Virus record (IMG/VR): IMGVR_UViG_3300042452_000337
Location: 1-62,623 of that record
DNA length: 62,623 bases
Reading direction: 5' to 3' (one strand)
From: a virus
Lineage: Duplodnaviria; Caudoviricetes
Numbering within the stretch: the stretch's first letter is position 1; each line of letters starts with the position of its first letter. Below, in pieces: positions 17,847 through 26,743 of the stretch. The notes beneath the pieces were generated by a model. That model was not told the DNA's origin and did no database searches. It worked only from the letters and a program-made list of their open reading frames with translations. Both the position numbers and the translations under genes were made by a program.

Positions 17847-18217
17847 GACCCACCTTTCATTGCGTATTGCCATGCCGCCATTTTCACCCTGTTCGACGCT
17901 CTCGATAGCCACCATTGCAGTACCAGTTGCACGATTGCCGAGACTACGGAGGACAGCACAAATGCCCAGAGAAACCCGTAGCGTTTTTCGGAGCCATGAA
18001 CGGATTCGTACGTCCGGGCCACGCTCTTGGACACAGAGTCGAGCAGCCGTTCCTCGTCGCCCGACCCCCTGCGGGAATCCATGAGGGGCTGGATCGGCCA
18101 CTCTGTGATCGCCATGAGCGTGAGGTCGTTCAGCCGCTCCTTGCCCACGAGACGGGCGCGCAGCGGCAGCGCGCTCCGAACGTACTCGCACAGTTCGTGC
18201 GGGCCTTCACCGGACAT
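17843..18217 (-). CDS. Membrane protein
   Basis: C-terminal TM segment FLWAFVLSSVVSAIVQLVL. Confidence 0.65.
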   Translation of the reverse strand: MSGEGPHELCEYVRSALPLRARLVGKERLNDLTLMAITEWPIQPLMDSRRGSGDEERLLDSVSKSVARTYESVHGSEKRYGFLWAFVLSSVVSAIVQLVLQWWLSRASNRVKMAAWQYAMKGGS

Positions 18218-18452
18218 GGCAACTCCCGCTGGTGCAGATGGTGCCTGACATTGTGACCTTAGGTCGGTTCTTAGCGCAAGCGCAGGTGGGTGGGCAGGAG
18301 CATGGGAACCGATGGAGTTTGTCGCCCGACCACACCATGCCCGTGCCGCCGCACTCAGAGCAGCACTTGGCGGGCTGCGGTGCGGGAGCGGGGCCAGCGC
18401 CCGGCGAGGAGAAGGCGAGCCAGACGGCGACAGTAGCAACGGAAAGGTTCAT
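18207..18452 (-). CDS. Small secreted Cys-rich protein
   Basis: Signal-like N-terminus, Pro linker, CSECGGTG and CSC..C.C. Confidence 0.6.
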   Translation of the reverse strand: MNLSVATVAVWLAFSSPGAGPAPAPQPAKCCSECGGTGMVWSGDKLHRFPCSCPPTCACAKNRPKVTMSGTICTSGSCHVR

Positions 18453-19387
18453 CCCAGCACCTCCTTCGCGCCCCAGTCCTTGAGTTCTCGCTTCGGGAAC
18501 CCAACCACATTCGATACTGCATACGTGCCCCCCTGACCTATCATCCGCTGGGCGACGTCCTGGCTGATCCAGAACGATCCTTCGGGCTGGTCGTGTACCT
18601 TCGGCCCGGATACCCACGTGTAACCCCATGAGTTCTGCACGAGGAACCGGCACTCTCCACTGCGGGTGTCGTCAGCCGCCGTCCACTGCATCGCGTGGTG
18701 CCACGTGCCTCGTGGGAAGCACATGCCCTCTGCGTTGCGCTGGGAGTTGAAGCCCACGCTGGAGCAGCACACCAGCCCGTACCCCGATGCGATGCAGTCA
18801 CGGGCCTGCTGCCATGTCGTGACCAGAGAGATGGTGCCAATGCGGTGCTTCGCCGCAGTGGATGTGATGTTGTCTGGCACTCCCCTGCTGCCCCAGCCGA
18901 TACCGAGACGGGCGTTGTAGAGAGACAGGTCGATGTTGAGTTCCGGGTAGTTCTGCCGGAGCATCAGCCCGCCGGTCTTGTGCGCCCAGCCCACGATCTC
19001 GGAGCAACTGGCACCCTCGCCGCCATGACCACGAGCCCCGTACAGTGGCTCCGTCGCAGTCCGGTCTACCCAGTCCTCCGTCTTGTGCAGGTCAGGGTCG
19101 TTGGCCCGTGCTTGATCGGCCGCTCCACGCACGCCATGACTGACGCAATCGCCCGTCGTTTGGGCCTCGTCGTACGGCTTACGCCCAGCCGACATCTCGA
19201 ACGCCACGACCGCCTTGAAGCCCAGCGAGAGTTTGCCCTCGCCAGACCCGGATAGCGTGTCGCCAAACAAGGGGAGCGGCAGAGTGGCGAGCAGTTTCTC
19301 GGTGGCAACCGGATCGCAGTACGAGCCCACGAGCCCATGCTCGTACGCCTCGATCAAGTCTCTGGTGGACGAGAACAACTCACTCAC
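18449..19387 (-). CDS. Papain-like (C1 family) cysteine peptidase
   Basis: Q-TTGD-C catalytic Cys, HAM His, QNSWG Asn motif, GSFW. Confidence 0.8.
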   Translation of the reverse strand: MSELFSSTRDLIEAYEHGLVGSYCDPVATEKLLATLPLPLFGDTLSGSGEGKLSLGFKAVVAFEMSAGRKPYDEAQTTGDCVSHGVRGAADQARANDPDLHKTEDWVDRTATEPLYGARGHGGEGASCSEIVGWAHKTGGLMLRQNYPELNIDLSLYNARLGIGWGSRGVPDNITSTAAKHRIGTISLVTTWQQARDCIASGYGLVCCSSVGFNSQRNAEGMCFPRGTWHHAMQWTAADDTRSGECRFLVQNSWGYTWVSGPKVHDQPEGSFWISQDVAQRMIGQGGTYAVSNVVGFPKRELKDWGAKEVLG

Positions 19388-19395
19388 CGTCCACC

Positions 19396-19809
19396 TCAGC
19401 GAATCTCAGCGAACGCCTTCGCAGCGGAGCGTCGGCTTTCTTGGGTGAGCGGGACGTCCAGTTTCCCGATGGCGTCGAGTAGGTACGTGTCGAGCCTGTC
19501 TCCCAGACCGGGATACTTCCCGACCATCTCGGTCTTCTCGAACGCCAACTGGAGTGCGTCCTTGTGGCGGTTCCGCAGGTCGAACGTGGTCTTCACCACC
19601 TGACTGTCCCGCAACACGATGTCGGCCATAGCGGCGTAGAAGTCACGCAACTGCTTGGCGTCGGCGTTGCTGACCCCAGCCAGGATGGCGGAGGGTACGA
19701 CGACAGGCCGGTCCACCGGCTTGAGTACCGACTGCACCCAGCCCACGCCAGCGGCACCAGCGGCCACCGTAACGCCAGCAGCGATCACCGCCACACGTAG
19801 CCAGTTCAT
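19396..19809 (-). CDS. Membrane-anchored hypothetical protein
   Basis: Hydrophobic N-terminus. Confidence 0.7.
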   Translation of the reverse strand: MNWLRVAVIAAGVTVAAGAAGVGWVQSVLKPVDRPVVVPSAILAGVSNADAKQLRDFYAAMADIVLRDSQVVKTTFDLRNRHKDALQLAFEKTEMVGKYPGLGDRLDTYLLDAIGKLDVPLTQESRRSAAKAFAEIR

Positions 19810-20051
19810 CGTCCACCCCTCTTGGCTGGCTCCTGCTGGTTGACCAGCGAGGCTATGAGAGCGCGAGCGGACGAGGCCACCAGCGTCTCTCCGGCAGCGT
19901 CTGCGTCCGACGCGAGCGAGAACAGGCGGTTGACCCACCACGCCCGGTCGGATGGGGACAGTGAGGCGGGCCGCAGTTTGAGGATGTACGGCCACGCCAG
20001 CGCAGCGGCAGCCGCCACCCCGCCAACGATAGCCACCCAGTACGGGCTCAT
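19806..20051 (-). CDS. Membrane-anchored hypothetical protein
   Basis: N-terminal TM segment; ATGA overlaps on both sides. Confidence 0.7.
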   Translation of the reverse strand: MSPYWVAIVGGVAAAAALAWPYILKLRPASLSPSDRAWWVNRLFSLASDADAAGETLVASSARALIASLVNQQEPAKRGGR

Positions 20052-20323
20052 ACCTCGATCTCCGTCTCGCTCACGGCCGTCGCCAGCCGAACGATGTAGT
20101 CCACGAGTTCCTGTCCCGGAGGGCTGAGAAGCACGTTCTCCACCCGCTCCAGCAATTCGTCGTCAATCGGGGTCGCCGTCTTAGCGGCGACAAACTGCAT
20201 GAGATTGAGCACCCCTGCGACCTTCTTTTGCACTGTTTCTGCGCCGGAGATTTCCGACACGATGGACAATGCTGGGGCCCACTCGACCAGTTGCCGAATC
20301 TTGTCGCCTACGGTCGTGACCAT
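20048..20323 (-). CDS. Hypothetical protein
   Basis: GGAGGAG RBS; first gene after late-promoter-like box. Confidence 0.7.
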   Translation of the reverse strand: MVTTVGDKIRQLVEWAPALSIVSEISGAETVQKKVAGVLNLMQFVAAKTATPIDDELLERVENVLLSPPGQELVDYIVRLATAVSETEIEV

Positions 20324-20702
20324 TTGGTTTCTCCTCCAAGTAGCAGGCACACCATCTCACTAGGAGATTTATGTCCGGCCGGAGTCTGGCCCGTGACACG
20401 AGTTTGGCCCGCACTAGGCGGGGGTCGAGGCCCAAATCCTCGCAGGTCTGGGCGAAGGTGAACTCCCCGCCCGTGTCCTCGAAGGCCCAGCGGTAGGCCG
20501 CTATCTGGCGGCGGAGGTCTTCCGCAGCCTTGCGGTGGCGAGGGCGTGTCAGGGCCATACCGTACCTCCGGTGGTCACGGGCCAGCCTGCACAAGTGGAA
20601 GTTGGTGCGGACAAGAACCTCTATGCAAAACCGCCTCCAGCCAGTCTCGCACTCCTCAACGATGTTCTGGTCGTCGTAATCCTTTACGGCGACGGCGATC
20701 AT
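20181..20702 (-). CDS. Hypothetical protein
   Basis: ATG immediately after the upstream TAA; 3' end overlaps next gene. Confidence 0.55.
   Translation of the reverse strand: MIAVAVKDYDDQNIVEECETGWRRFCIEVLVRTNFHLCRLARDHRRYGMALTRPRHRKAAEDLRRQIAAYRWAFEDTGGEFTFAQTCEDLGLDPRLVRAKLVSRARLRPDINLLVRWCACYLEEKPNGHDRRRQDSATGRVGPSIVHRVGNLRRRNSAKEGRRGAQSHAVCRR
20367..20376 (-). promoter_or_regulatory. Putative late promoter GGACATAAAT
   Basis: One of four copies upstream of late-type gene blocks. Confidence 0.55.
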
Positions 20703-21062
20703 TTATTTTCGTGGTGCCTCACAGTAACCCGTGCGGAGAGTTCCCTCGTTGAGTTCGGGCCAGACTTCGAGGGAGTGGATCGCCCCGATGACGTTCCACG
20801 CGGCGTGCCCCAAATGGTCTTCGTCCCTGTTCCCAGACAGGAACAGGTAGATGTGCCGCAGGGCATGGTTAATCATGTCGTGGGCGGGCATTCCCTTCTC
20901 CCAGTTGTAGTCCCCGTACTTGGACGCTCCCTCCGCGCACGCAGCGGCCACAGCCGCCAGTCCGACGGGGGAGATGAGGTCGTACCTCGTCCCCTCTGCG
21001 TCCGACGACCGTACGGCACCACTACCAAACTTTACGGACGAACTCTCAGTGTGCTTTATCAC
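20703..21062 (-). CDS. dATP/dGTP diphosphohydrolase-domain protein (DUF5664-like)
   Basis: SGAVR...RYDLISP...GASKYG.YNWEKG...RH...HLGHAAWN. Confidence 0.75.
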   Translation of the reverse strand: MIKHTESSSVKFGSGAVRSSDAEGTRYDLISPVGLAAVAAACAEGASKYGDYNWEKGMPAHDMINHALRHIYLFLSGNRDEDHLGHAAWNVIGAIHSLEVWPELNEGTLRTGYCEAPRK

Positions 21063-21574
21063 TTCACGATCTCCTTGAAACGGTCCTCGAACATCTGCTT
21101 AGACTCTTGCCACCCGCGCGGGAGGACGGCCTCACACGCGGGCTCTATGTCGATCCCCCAGTCCACTCCGCAGGGGATGATGTCTCTCTTCTCCCCCATG
21201 AGGGCCCGCAGGTCCGCGATCTTGACGTCGGGCGGAATGGGCCAGGGGAGAAAGAATGCTTTGGCAATCGTTTGCTGTACGTGTTCCTCCAGTTCCCGGT
21301 ACTGGGGAAGCATGGCCTTGAGAGGAGTTGCCATGTCGCCCAGATACGCCTCGCTTGCGTCGTGCAGCAGCCCCCACAGCGCATTCTCCGGATTGCACAT
21401 GCGGCTGACCATGACGCTGTGCTGCGCCACCGAGTACGGCACCTTGCTGTGGCCGGTGAATCGGTTGAGGAGCGCGAGGGAATGGGCGATGTCCGGCAGG
21501 CGGACATCCTCGACGGTGAATCTGGACAGGTCTACCAACTTGCCGGTGAATGTCTGCATGGTCGTAGCGTTCAT
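21059..21574 (-). CDS. HD-domain phosphohydrolase (5'-deoxynucleotidase-like)
   Basis: DIAHSL, RFTGH, YSVAQHS, LLHDASEAYLGD. Confidence 0.85.
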   Translation of the reverse strand: MNATTMQTFTGKLVDLSRFTVEDVRLPDIAHSLALLNRFTGHSKVPYSVAQHSVMVSRMCNPENALWGLLHDASEAYLGDMATPLKAMLPQYRELEEHVQQTIAKAFFLPWPIPPDVKIADLRALMGEKRDIIPCGVDWGIDIEPACEAVLPRGWQESKQMFEDRFKEIVK

Positions 21575-22047
21575 GTGGCCTCCTCGCAAACGAATCGGTC
21601 AATCGGGTGCAGGTCTGCGGCAGGGACGAAGAACGCCTCCCCGTACTGTCCGTAGTTCGCCCGATACTTGTCCTGCTTGGCCTCCTCCGCACCCATCCAA
21701 CCACGTATCTCGTACTCGTTCGGGCCTCCCGTGACGAGAACGAAGACGTCCTCATCCTTGTCGCCATCCCGGACGATGAGGTCGTAGCAGTGCTGGGATC
21801 GTGTACGCACCTGTATGTTCCTGCCTATGTCGCCGCCGCTCTTGAACGTGTTCACGCTGCCCGACCAGTACCGCCCCGTTGCTTTCGCGAACGCACACTC
21901 ACCTAGCGCGCCGAGAATGTGGATGTGCCACTCGTTTTCTTTTGTTGGCCTTGAGTTTTGCAGGCCCTTTCTTAGCGCTTCGACGTTTCGGCTTACGCCT
22001 ACGAGCGCCGCCCTGCTTACCTCGAACCACTCCAGATTGACTCTCAT
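21571..22047 (-). CDS. PD-(D/E)XK-like nuclease-fold protein
   Basis: GALGECAFAK...GD...IQVRT pattern. Confidence 0.55.
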   Translation of the reverse strand: MRVNLEWFEVSRAALVGVSRNVEALRKGLQNSRPTKENEWHIHILGALGECAFAKATGRYWSGSVNTFKSGGDIGRNIQVRTRSQHCYDLIVRDGDKDEDVFVLVTGGPNEYEIRGWMGAEEAKQDKYRANYGQYGEAFFVPAADLHPIDRFVCEEAT

Positions 22048-22149
22048 TGCCCTGCTCCTTCTTGAGGCGCACCCAGCCATCGTCGTCGGGGATAGGACTT
22101 CCAATGTCCTCCTCGTCCTCGTCGTCGTGCGGCAACATCTCTGCGTGCA

Positions 22150-22854
22150 TCACAACGCTCCATCCACCTGCTGAACGAATCGCTTGATCTGCTCCAGCGG
22201 GAACGTGACCATCCATTCCCCTCCGTTCTTGCGGTGCAGCACGACCGGGCACAGTTCCCCGCACTGCTCACGAGACTTCTCCATCACGGCATCGAGGTTC
22301 AGCCCACGCTCGACACGCTTCACCTCCAGCCAGAGGTGCGGCGTGCCCGGCGAGATGAGGTCGCTGGCCGACTCCGTTCCGCTGTGTTGCTGGCTGCGAC
22401 GGCTGTGGGCGTTGGGGACGAGTCGGTTCCATTCCGCCGACGCCTCCAACTCGCCGCGCTTGCCTTTGGCCCGACTCATCTTTCCCATGTCAATCAACTC
22501 CTTTGGGATTCCGTGCTTCCTTCGCCACCCGAACACACGCGCCGGGTAGCGTTGCGGGCCATAACCCAGATGAGCCTTGTGGCGGAGGCGAGCCAGGAAC
22601 TCCGGGTCGTAATGCTCGTCGTCCACCTCTCGCTTGGCGGTGAGGCACATGCCTTTTGTGAGGTCGTGCTTGCCGCCGAAGTGCAGCCCGTCGTGGCACC
22701 AGTGGCAGAGCCGCAACAGGTTCCTCCTGTCGTGCTTCCGCCCTGCCCCCTGTTGCAGGTGGTGGATGTGCAGCGCTTCCGTCCGCGTCCAGCACACCGC
22801 ACAGAACTGGTACTCGCTGGCGAAGGACGATAGTTCTTCACGCTCATCGCTCAC
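22150..22854 (-). CDS. HNH-like zinc-finger domain fused in frame to a Holliday-junction-resolvase-like nuclease
   Basis: CAVC..HIHH..NLLRLCHWCH, then KGKRGELE..SDL..LEVKR; internal AAGGAG RBS before Met at 22488. Confidence 0.7.
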   Translation of the reverse strand: MSDEREELSSFASEYQFCAVCWTRTEALHIHHLQQGAGRKHDRRNLLRLCHWCHDGLHFGGKHDLTKGMCLTAKREVDDEHYDPEFLARLRHKAHLGYGPQRYPARVFGWRRKHGIPKELIDMGKMSRAKGKRGELEASAEWNRLVPNAHSRRSQQHSGTESASDLISPGTPHLWLEVKRVERGLNLDAVMEKSREQCGELCPVVLHRKNGGEWMVTFPLEQIKRFVQQVDGAL

Positions 22855-23096
22855 CGCTCCTCTCCCGTGACGGTCTTCACAATTCCCCGCAGTGAGTCGC
22901 TGAACAGGTCGGCGTCCTCCTGTGACTTGAACTCGATCTGCCAGCGGTACACCCGCTCGCCAGTGTCGTAGTTCGTCGCCGTCTCCCGGCGGCACAGGCG
23001 GCACGCCGCCACCCCCGCCAGCACCTTCGCGTTCGAGATCAACTCCTCGTTCTCCACAAGCAGGCCGCTCAACGCCTTGCCAAGAAATCCAGCCAT
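22851..23096 (-). CDS. Hypothetical protein
   Basis: GGAGGG RBS; CxxC. Confidence 0.65.
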   Translation of the reverse strand: MAGFLGKALSGLLVENEELISNAKVLAGVAACRLCRRETATNYDTGERVYRWQIEFKSQEDADLFSDSLRGIVKTVTGEER

Positions 23097-23127
23097 GAGA
23101 ATCCCTCCCTTCGTGGTTGCGGTCATG

Positions 23128-23394
23128 TCATCCTCCGTGAGTCTTCAACCAGTTCGCCGCCGTCGCCAGCCAGAACGACAGCATCGTCAAGTGTTCGTGA
23201 TCCGTGACTGTGACCAGACCTTCTGTGGCGATTGCCACCAGCGACTTGTCCGGCAACTGCTTCCACTCCTCGCCGTCCGGGTCGTTACCCACGATGGCGC
23301 TGAGTACGTCCATGCCCTCGCGTGGTCGGCACAGAGCCGCCAATCGCTGGCCGTTGTTTCCGGAAAACTTCAGTAGTACGAGGTCTTTCGCCAT
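23128..23394 (-). CDS. Hypothetical protein
   Basis: ORF in the - strand operon. Confidence 0.65.
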   Translation of the reverse strand: MAKDLVLLKFSGNNGQRLAALCRPREGMDVLSAIVGNDPDGEEWKQLPDKSLVAIATEGLVTVTDHEHLTMLSFWLATAANWLKTHGG

Positions 23395-23723
23395 TGGTGT
23401 CTTGTGCGCTCTAAGCGCTCTTAGTAACCAACCTGCTCACTGTTTGAAGGCTCGCTGCGGGTGGACGGCGACTATCCCCAGCCAGAAGGCTAGGGTTAGC
23501 CGCCACCTGCCCACTGTTCGTTAGGACGCAGTAGGGGTGTCCTCCTTGCCGCAGGGGCGGAGGCATGAGTCCTGCTTATCGGGCATCCTGCTACCCGCGT
23601 GACTTGGCCCTGACTCTTGCGGCTGGCCTACCCACTCTCGTCACGATCCCTTCTGGTCGTGGGTCATGCGTCTGCGTGCCAGAGGTTGCCCCAACCCACG
23701 CAGCCGTTCGTGTTGTGTGTTAG
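23395..23723 (-). ncRNA. Candidate structured non-coding RNA or origin region
   Basis: Gap without a convincing ORF; several stems; 20-bp stem at 23464-23507 gains four G-U pairs on the - strand. Confidence 0.45.
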
Positions 23724-24116
23724 TTACCTGTGCTGTCGCAGCCTCCTGAGTACGCCAAAATCCGAATGGCGATCAGCGTCACTCCAGTTGAACCATGCGC
23801 GACCAGAAGCAACTGCAACTGGAACGCAGGCGATGACTCGGGTGTTTGTGTTGACGAGGATGAATGCGTCCACGTGCTTCCCGCAGTAGTGCGTGGTCTT
23901 TCTCTTGCCGTGCCGAATGCGGATGCGGGAACGGTTCTTCCCCTGAGAACCGCTGGCCTTGACTTGAAGCCTCCAATACAGGCGCTCTTGAAAGGCCAGC
24001 AGGTCATACCCGTCATCGACCAGCGGAATGGCGACCGCGAAGCCTTCGCGGAGCAGACGCTCCACAGCCATCGCGATCCCGATTTCACATATGACGCGAC
24101 CATCTGGTGCCTCCAT
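23724..24116 (-). CDS. PD-(D/E)XK endonuclease resembling group I intron-associated homing endonucleases
   Basis: LLREGFAVAIP..DDGYDLL....RLQVKAS...Y....VDAF. Confidence 0.7.
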   Translation of the reverse strand: MEAPDGRVICEIGIAMAVERLLREGFAVAIPLVDDGYDLLAFQERLYWRLQVKASGSQGKNRSRIRIRHGKRKTTHYCGKHVDAFILVNTNTRVIACVPVAVASGRAWFNWSDADRHSDFGVLRRLRQHR

Positions 24117-24128
24117 GCACGCCTCCTG

Positions 24129-25691
24129 TTAGGACGGGCGAGCCTCCTTCGAGCGGCGATCCAGTTCCTTGCGGATCGCGGACTTGAACGGCGACTCCTT
24201 CTTCGTGGACGCCATGACCCAAGACAGGTAGCCCTCAGGAATCGAGGTCAGCGGCTGGCCCCGATACTTGCCGTACATCATCCTCCAGCCACGCTGCTTC
24301 TTCCCCTCAGGCTTGGCGAAGGGATCGCGTGACTCGTGGTCGAACGTCACTCCGACCAGCAGCGACTTGCGCTTCTCGAACAACTCCTGCGCTTGCCGCT
24401 CCAGCGCCTCATGGTCGGCAGCGTCTGCCTCTCGGATGGCCTCCAGCGGATCAACGCCGTCCATCGAGAGCGTGCCCGCCAGTTGCTCACGGCGCGTGGG
24501 TGACTTGCGAACCTTCGCGTCGAGAATGTCGAACACCGTGAGGAGTTGCTGGTTGCGGATGTTGCCCGTGATGTCGTAGTAGTTGAAGTGCGGCTTGCCG
24601 CTGGCAAGGATCGCTGCCCGACGTTCATCGACAGTCATCTCCGGGTGAAGGGTGCCGGTCTTGGCACGGGTTCCGCGACCGATGCGTTGCTCCAGTTTCG
24701 AGGGGCTCTTGGTCGGTGCGGCCGAATAGATGTTGACCAGTTCTGGAAAGTCCCAGCCGAAGCCCAAGATGCCCACGTTCACGATGATCTTGGTGGCACC
24801 CGACAGGAACGCATCCATGTTCGCCTTGCGCTCGTCCGGACGCTGCTTTGAGTAGACGATGCTGACTCGGGTGCCGTAGCGCCCGAACACCTCCGCCAGC
24901 AACTGGGCCTGCCGGACGTTGTGGGCGTAGACCACGCTTGGCTGCTGCCGGAACGTGGAGAGCACGAGCGATGTCACCTCTTGGGCGCAGTGTTCGGCCG
25001 TGAGGATGTCGCTCAACTGCTTGCGATCCCACTCGCCAGCCACCTCGTCCACGAGCGTGAGGTCGAACGACTTCGATTCGCTGACGAAGCACTTGGGTGG
25101 CACCAGCCACGCATCATCGAGCGCCTGCCGCAGCGTGTAGACCGACTGCGGTCTGGGGAAGTACCGCAACCCCTTGCCCTTGCCCTTGTAGGGCGTGGCA
25201 GAGAAGCCCACGACGGTCGCCCCCTGCTGCTCGAAGTGGCACAGCATCCGCTCCATCTCAGCCGTCATCTTATAGTGGCACTCGTCCACGCACACGAGGG
25301 ACACGCGGTCGTACGCACGGGCCTTGAACCGGTCTTGAGAGAGCAGGCTGTCTCGTGAGCCGACGATCACCCGGCTCCGCAGGCCGTCGATCCACTCCGC
25401 CCGACTGCCTTGATGCTCGACGTCGCACTTCTCCCCCAGTCGCAATTCCAGACGGTCACGGCCCTGCCGCATGAGGTCGATCAGCGGGACGATAAACAGC
25501 GGATGTTTGGCGATACGGCACAGTTCCGCCACCACCTCCGTCTTGCCGGTGCCGACAGGCTGGCAAACGGTGATGCGGCGCTCGCCGTTCTTGGCGGCAC
25601 GGCAAACGTCCTCGACCGCACGCAACTGGTAGTCGCGGAGGAACTGACGCTTGGCGGCACGCTCGACTTGGCGGGACACTTCTTCGGTCAT
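24129..25691 (-). CDS. SF2 DEAD/DEAH-box helicase with C-terminal GKY.G domain
   Basis: LRDYQ, PVGTGKT, DECH, SATP, QRIGRGTR; YGKYRGQPL..IP..YL.W. Confidence 0.9.
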   Translation of the reverse strand: MTEEVSRQVERAAKRQFLRDYQLRAVEDVCRAAKNGERRITVCQPVGTGKTEVVAELCRIAKHPLFIVPLIDLMRQGRDRLELRLGEKCDVEHQGSRAEWIDGLRSRVIVGSRDSLLSQDRFKARAYDRVSLVCVDECHYKMTAEMERMLCHFEQQGATVVGFSATPYKGKGKGLRYFPRPQSVYTLRQALDDAWLVPPKCFVSESKSFDLTLVDEVAGEWDRKQLSDILTAEHCAQEVTSLVLSTFRQQPSVVYAHNVRQAQLLAEVFGRYGTRVSIVYSKQRPDERKANMDAFLSGATKIIVNVGILGFGWDFPELVNIYSAAPTKSPSKLEQRIGRGTRAKTGTLHPEMTVDERRAAILASGKPHFNYYDITGNIRNQQLLTVFDILDAKVRKSPTRREQLAGTLSMDGVDPLEAIREADAADHEALERQAQELFEKRKSLLVGVTFDHESRDPFAKPEGKKQRGWRMMYGKYRGQPLTSIPEGYLSWVMASTKKESPFKSAIRKELDRRSKEARPS

Positions 25692-25984
25692 TTCGCCCTC
25701 GCCTTCTTCTTGCGTGGCTTGCGTGGCTTTTTGACTGCGGCAGCGGGCTCCGGCTTCTTCCACCGGTCGCTGCAAATCGTCGCCTCGCAGGGCTTTGCCT
25801 CCGGCTGCGGAGTCAGTTGCAGCACCGTCTCGAACTTCGCGTTGACGCGAGACAGCACCTCCAGTTCCGCCAGCAGTTGCGGGACGGCTTGGGCGCAGAA
25901 CGTCAGTGCAGCCTCCGCATCCAGACGGTTCTGGGCTGCGGCGATTGCGACAAGTCGTGAGTAGGCCAGGAGTTTTTCGTTCAT
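25688..25984 (-). CDS. Hypothetical protein with basic tail
   Basis: ATGA overlaps. Confidence 0.6.
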   Translation of the reverse strand: MNEKLLAYSRLVAIAAAQNRLDAEAALTFCAQAVPQLLAELEVLSRVNAKFETVLQLTPQPEAKPCEATICSDRWKKPEPAAAVKKPRKPRKKKARAK

Positions 25985-26062
25985 AGGAAAAAGTGCCGGA
26001 TGATCTGGTTCCGCCGTCCGGCACGGCGCTGAGGTTCCACCCAGACCTCGTGGTGTGTGGGA

Positions 26063-26743
26063 TCAAGCCAACGCTGGTTCACGCTCCTTCTGGCCGGACG
26101 CCTTTGCGTCGAGGTCAGCCGCCAACTTCTCGATCCGTTCCGCAGCAGCGGGTGGCAGCATTCCCTCGCTGACGCCCTTCTTTGCACGAGCAACCTCTGC
26201 CTTGCGGGCAGCGGCGTCCTTTGCCGACCGCACCTTCGACACAAGGGCCTGCTCGATGCGAACCTCGTCGTTCGCCACCGCCACCGCCGTCGAGCGGTTG
26301 GCCGTTTCGCCGTCGTCGTCGTCGTCCGCAGCGATGCCCACCGCCGCACACAGGGCAACGCGCTTGAGGTAGGTCGCCGTCTTGGCGATCTCCTGCGGCG
26401 GGATGTTGCCCTTCATGGGGAGGTACGAACGCTCGAACTGCCCACTGCTGTGACCGATGGTGGTCACGAGCATGAGCGTCCCGTCGTCCTTGTGGGGGTG
26501 AAACGTCTGGCGGATGCTCAGTCCGTTCTTGCCGTACACCGCACGGATGGTGTCGAACACGGTGGCGAGGTCGGCGTAGTCCGGCACCAACTCGCCGGTC
26601 TTGCGATCCTTCTTCGCCCAGTTGGAGTAGCAGGTGCGAGGAGCGTTCTTGAGTTCACCGAACGCCTTCGCCATTGCGGCGTAGAGTTCGTCAACGTGTT
26701 CGCTCTGCTCCTGCCACACCGATGTATAAATGCCAGCCATCAC
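26063..26743 (-). CDS. ERF-family single-strand annealing protein
   Basis: YADL, HSSGQ, TYLKR..L.A.VGIA.DDDDDG. Confidence 0.85.
   Translation of the reverse strand: MMAGIYTSVWQEQSEHVDELYAAMAKAFGELKNAPRTCYSNWAKKDRKTGELVPDYADLATVFDTIRAVYGKNGLSIRQTFHPHKDDGTLMLVTTIGHSSGQFERSYLPMKGNIPPQEIAKTATYLKRVALCAAVGIAADDDDDGETANRSTAVAVANDEVRIEQALVSKVRSAKDAAARKAEVARAKKGVSEGMLPPAAAERIEKLAADLDAKASGQKEREPALA

Noticed and set aside
20703-21574. Z-base (2-aminoadenine) genome
   Set aside because: No PurZ-like adenylosuccinate synthetase or phage DNA polymerase was recognised.
23395-23723. Canonical group I intron
   Set aside because: A GGCTA/TAGTC pairing recalls P7, but I could not find P3, the other core elements or an interrupted host gene.
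4624-25814. Partial motif hits at about 4624, 9437, 14104, 20379 and 25804
   Set aside because: They match only part of the 15-mer, lie inside coding regions and are plausible by chance in high-GC DNA.
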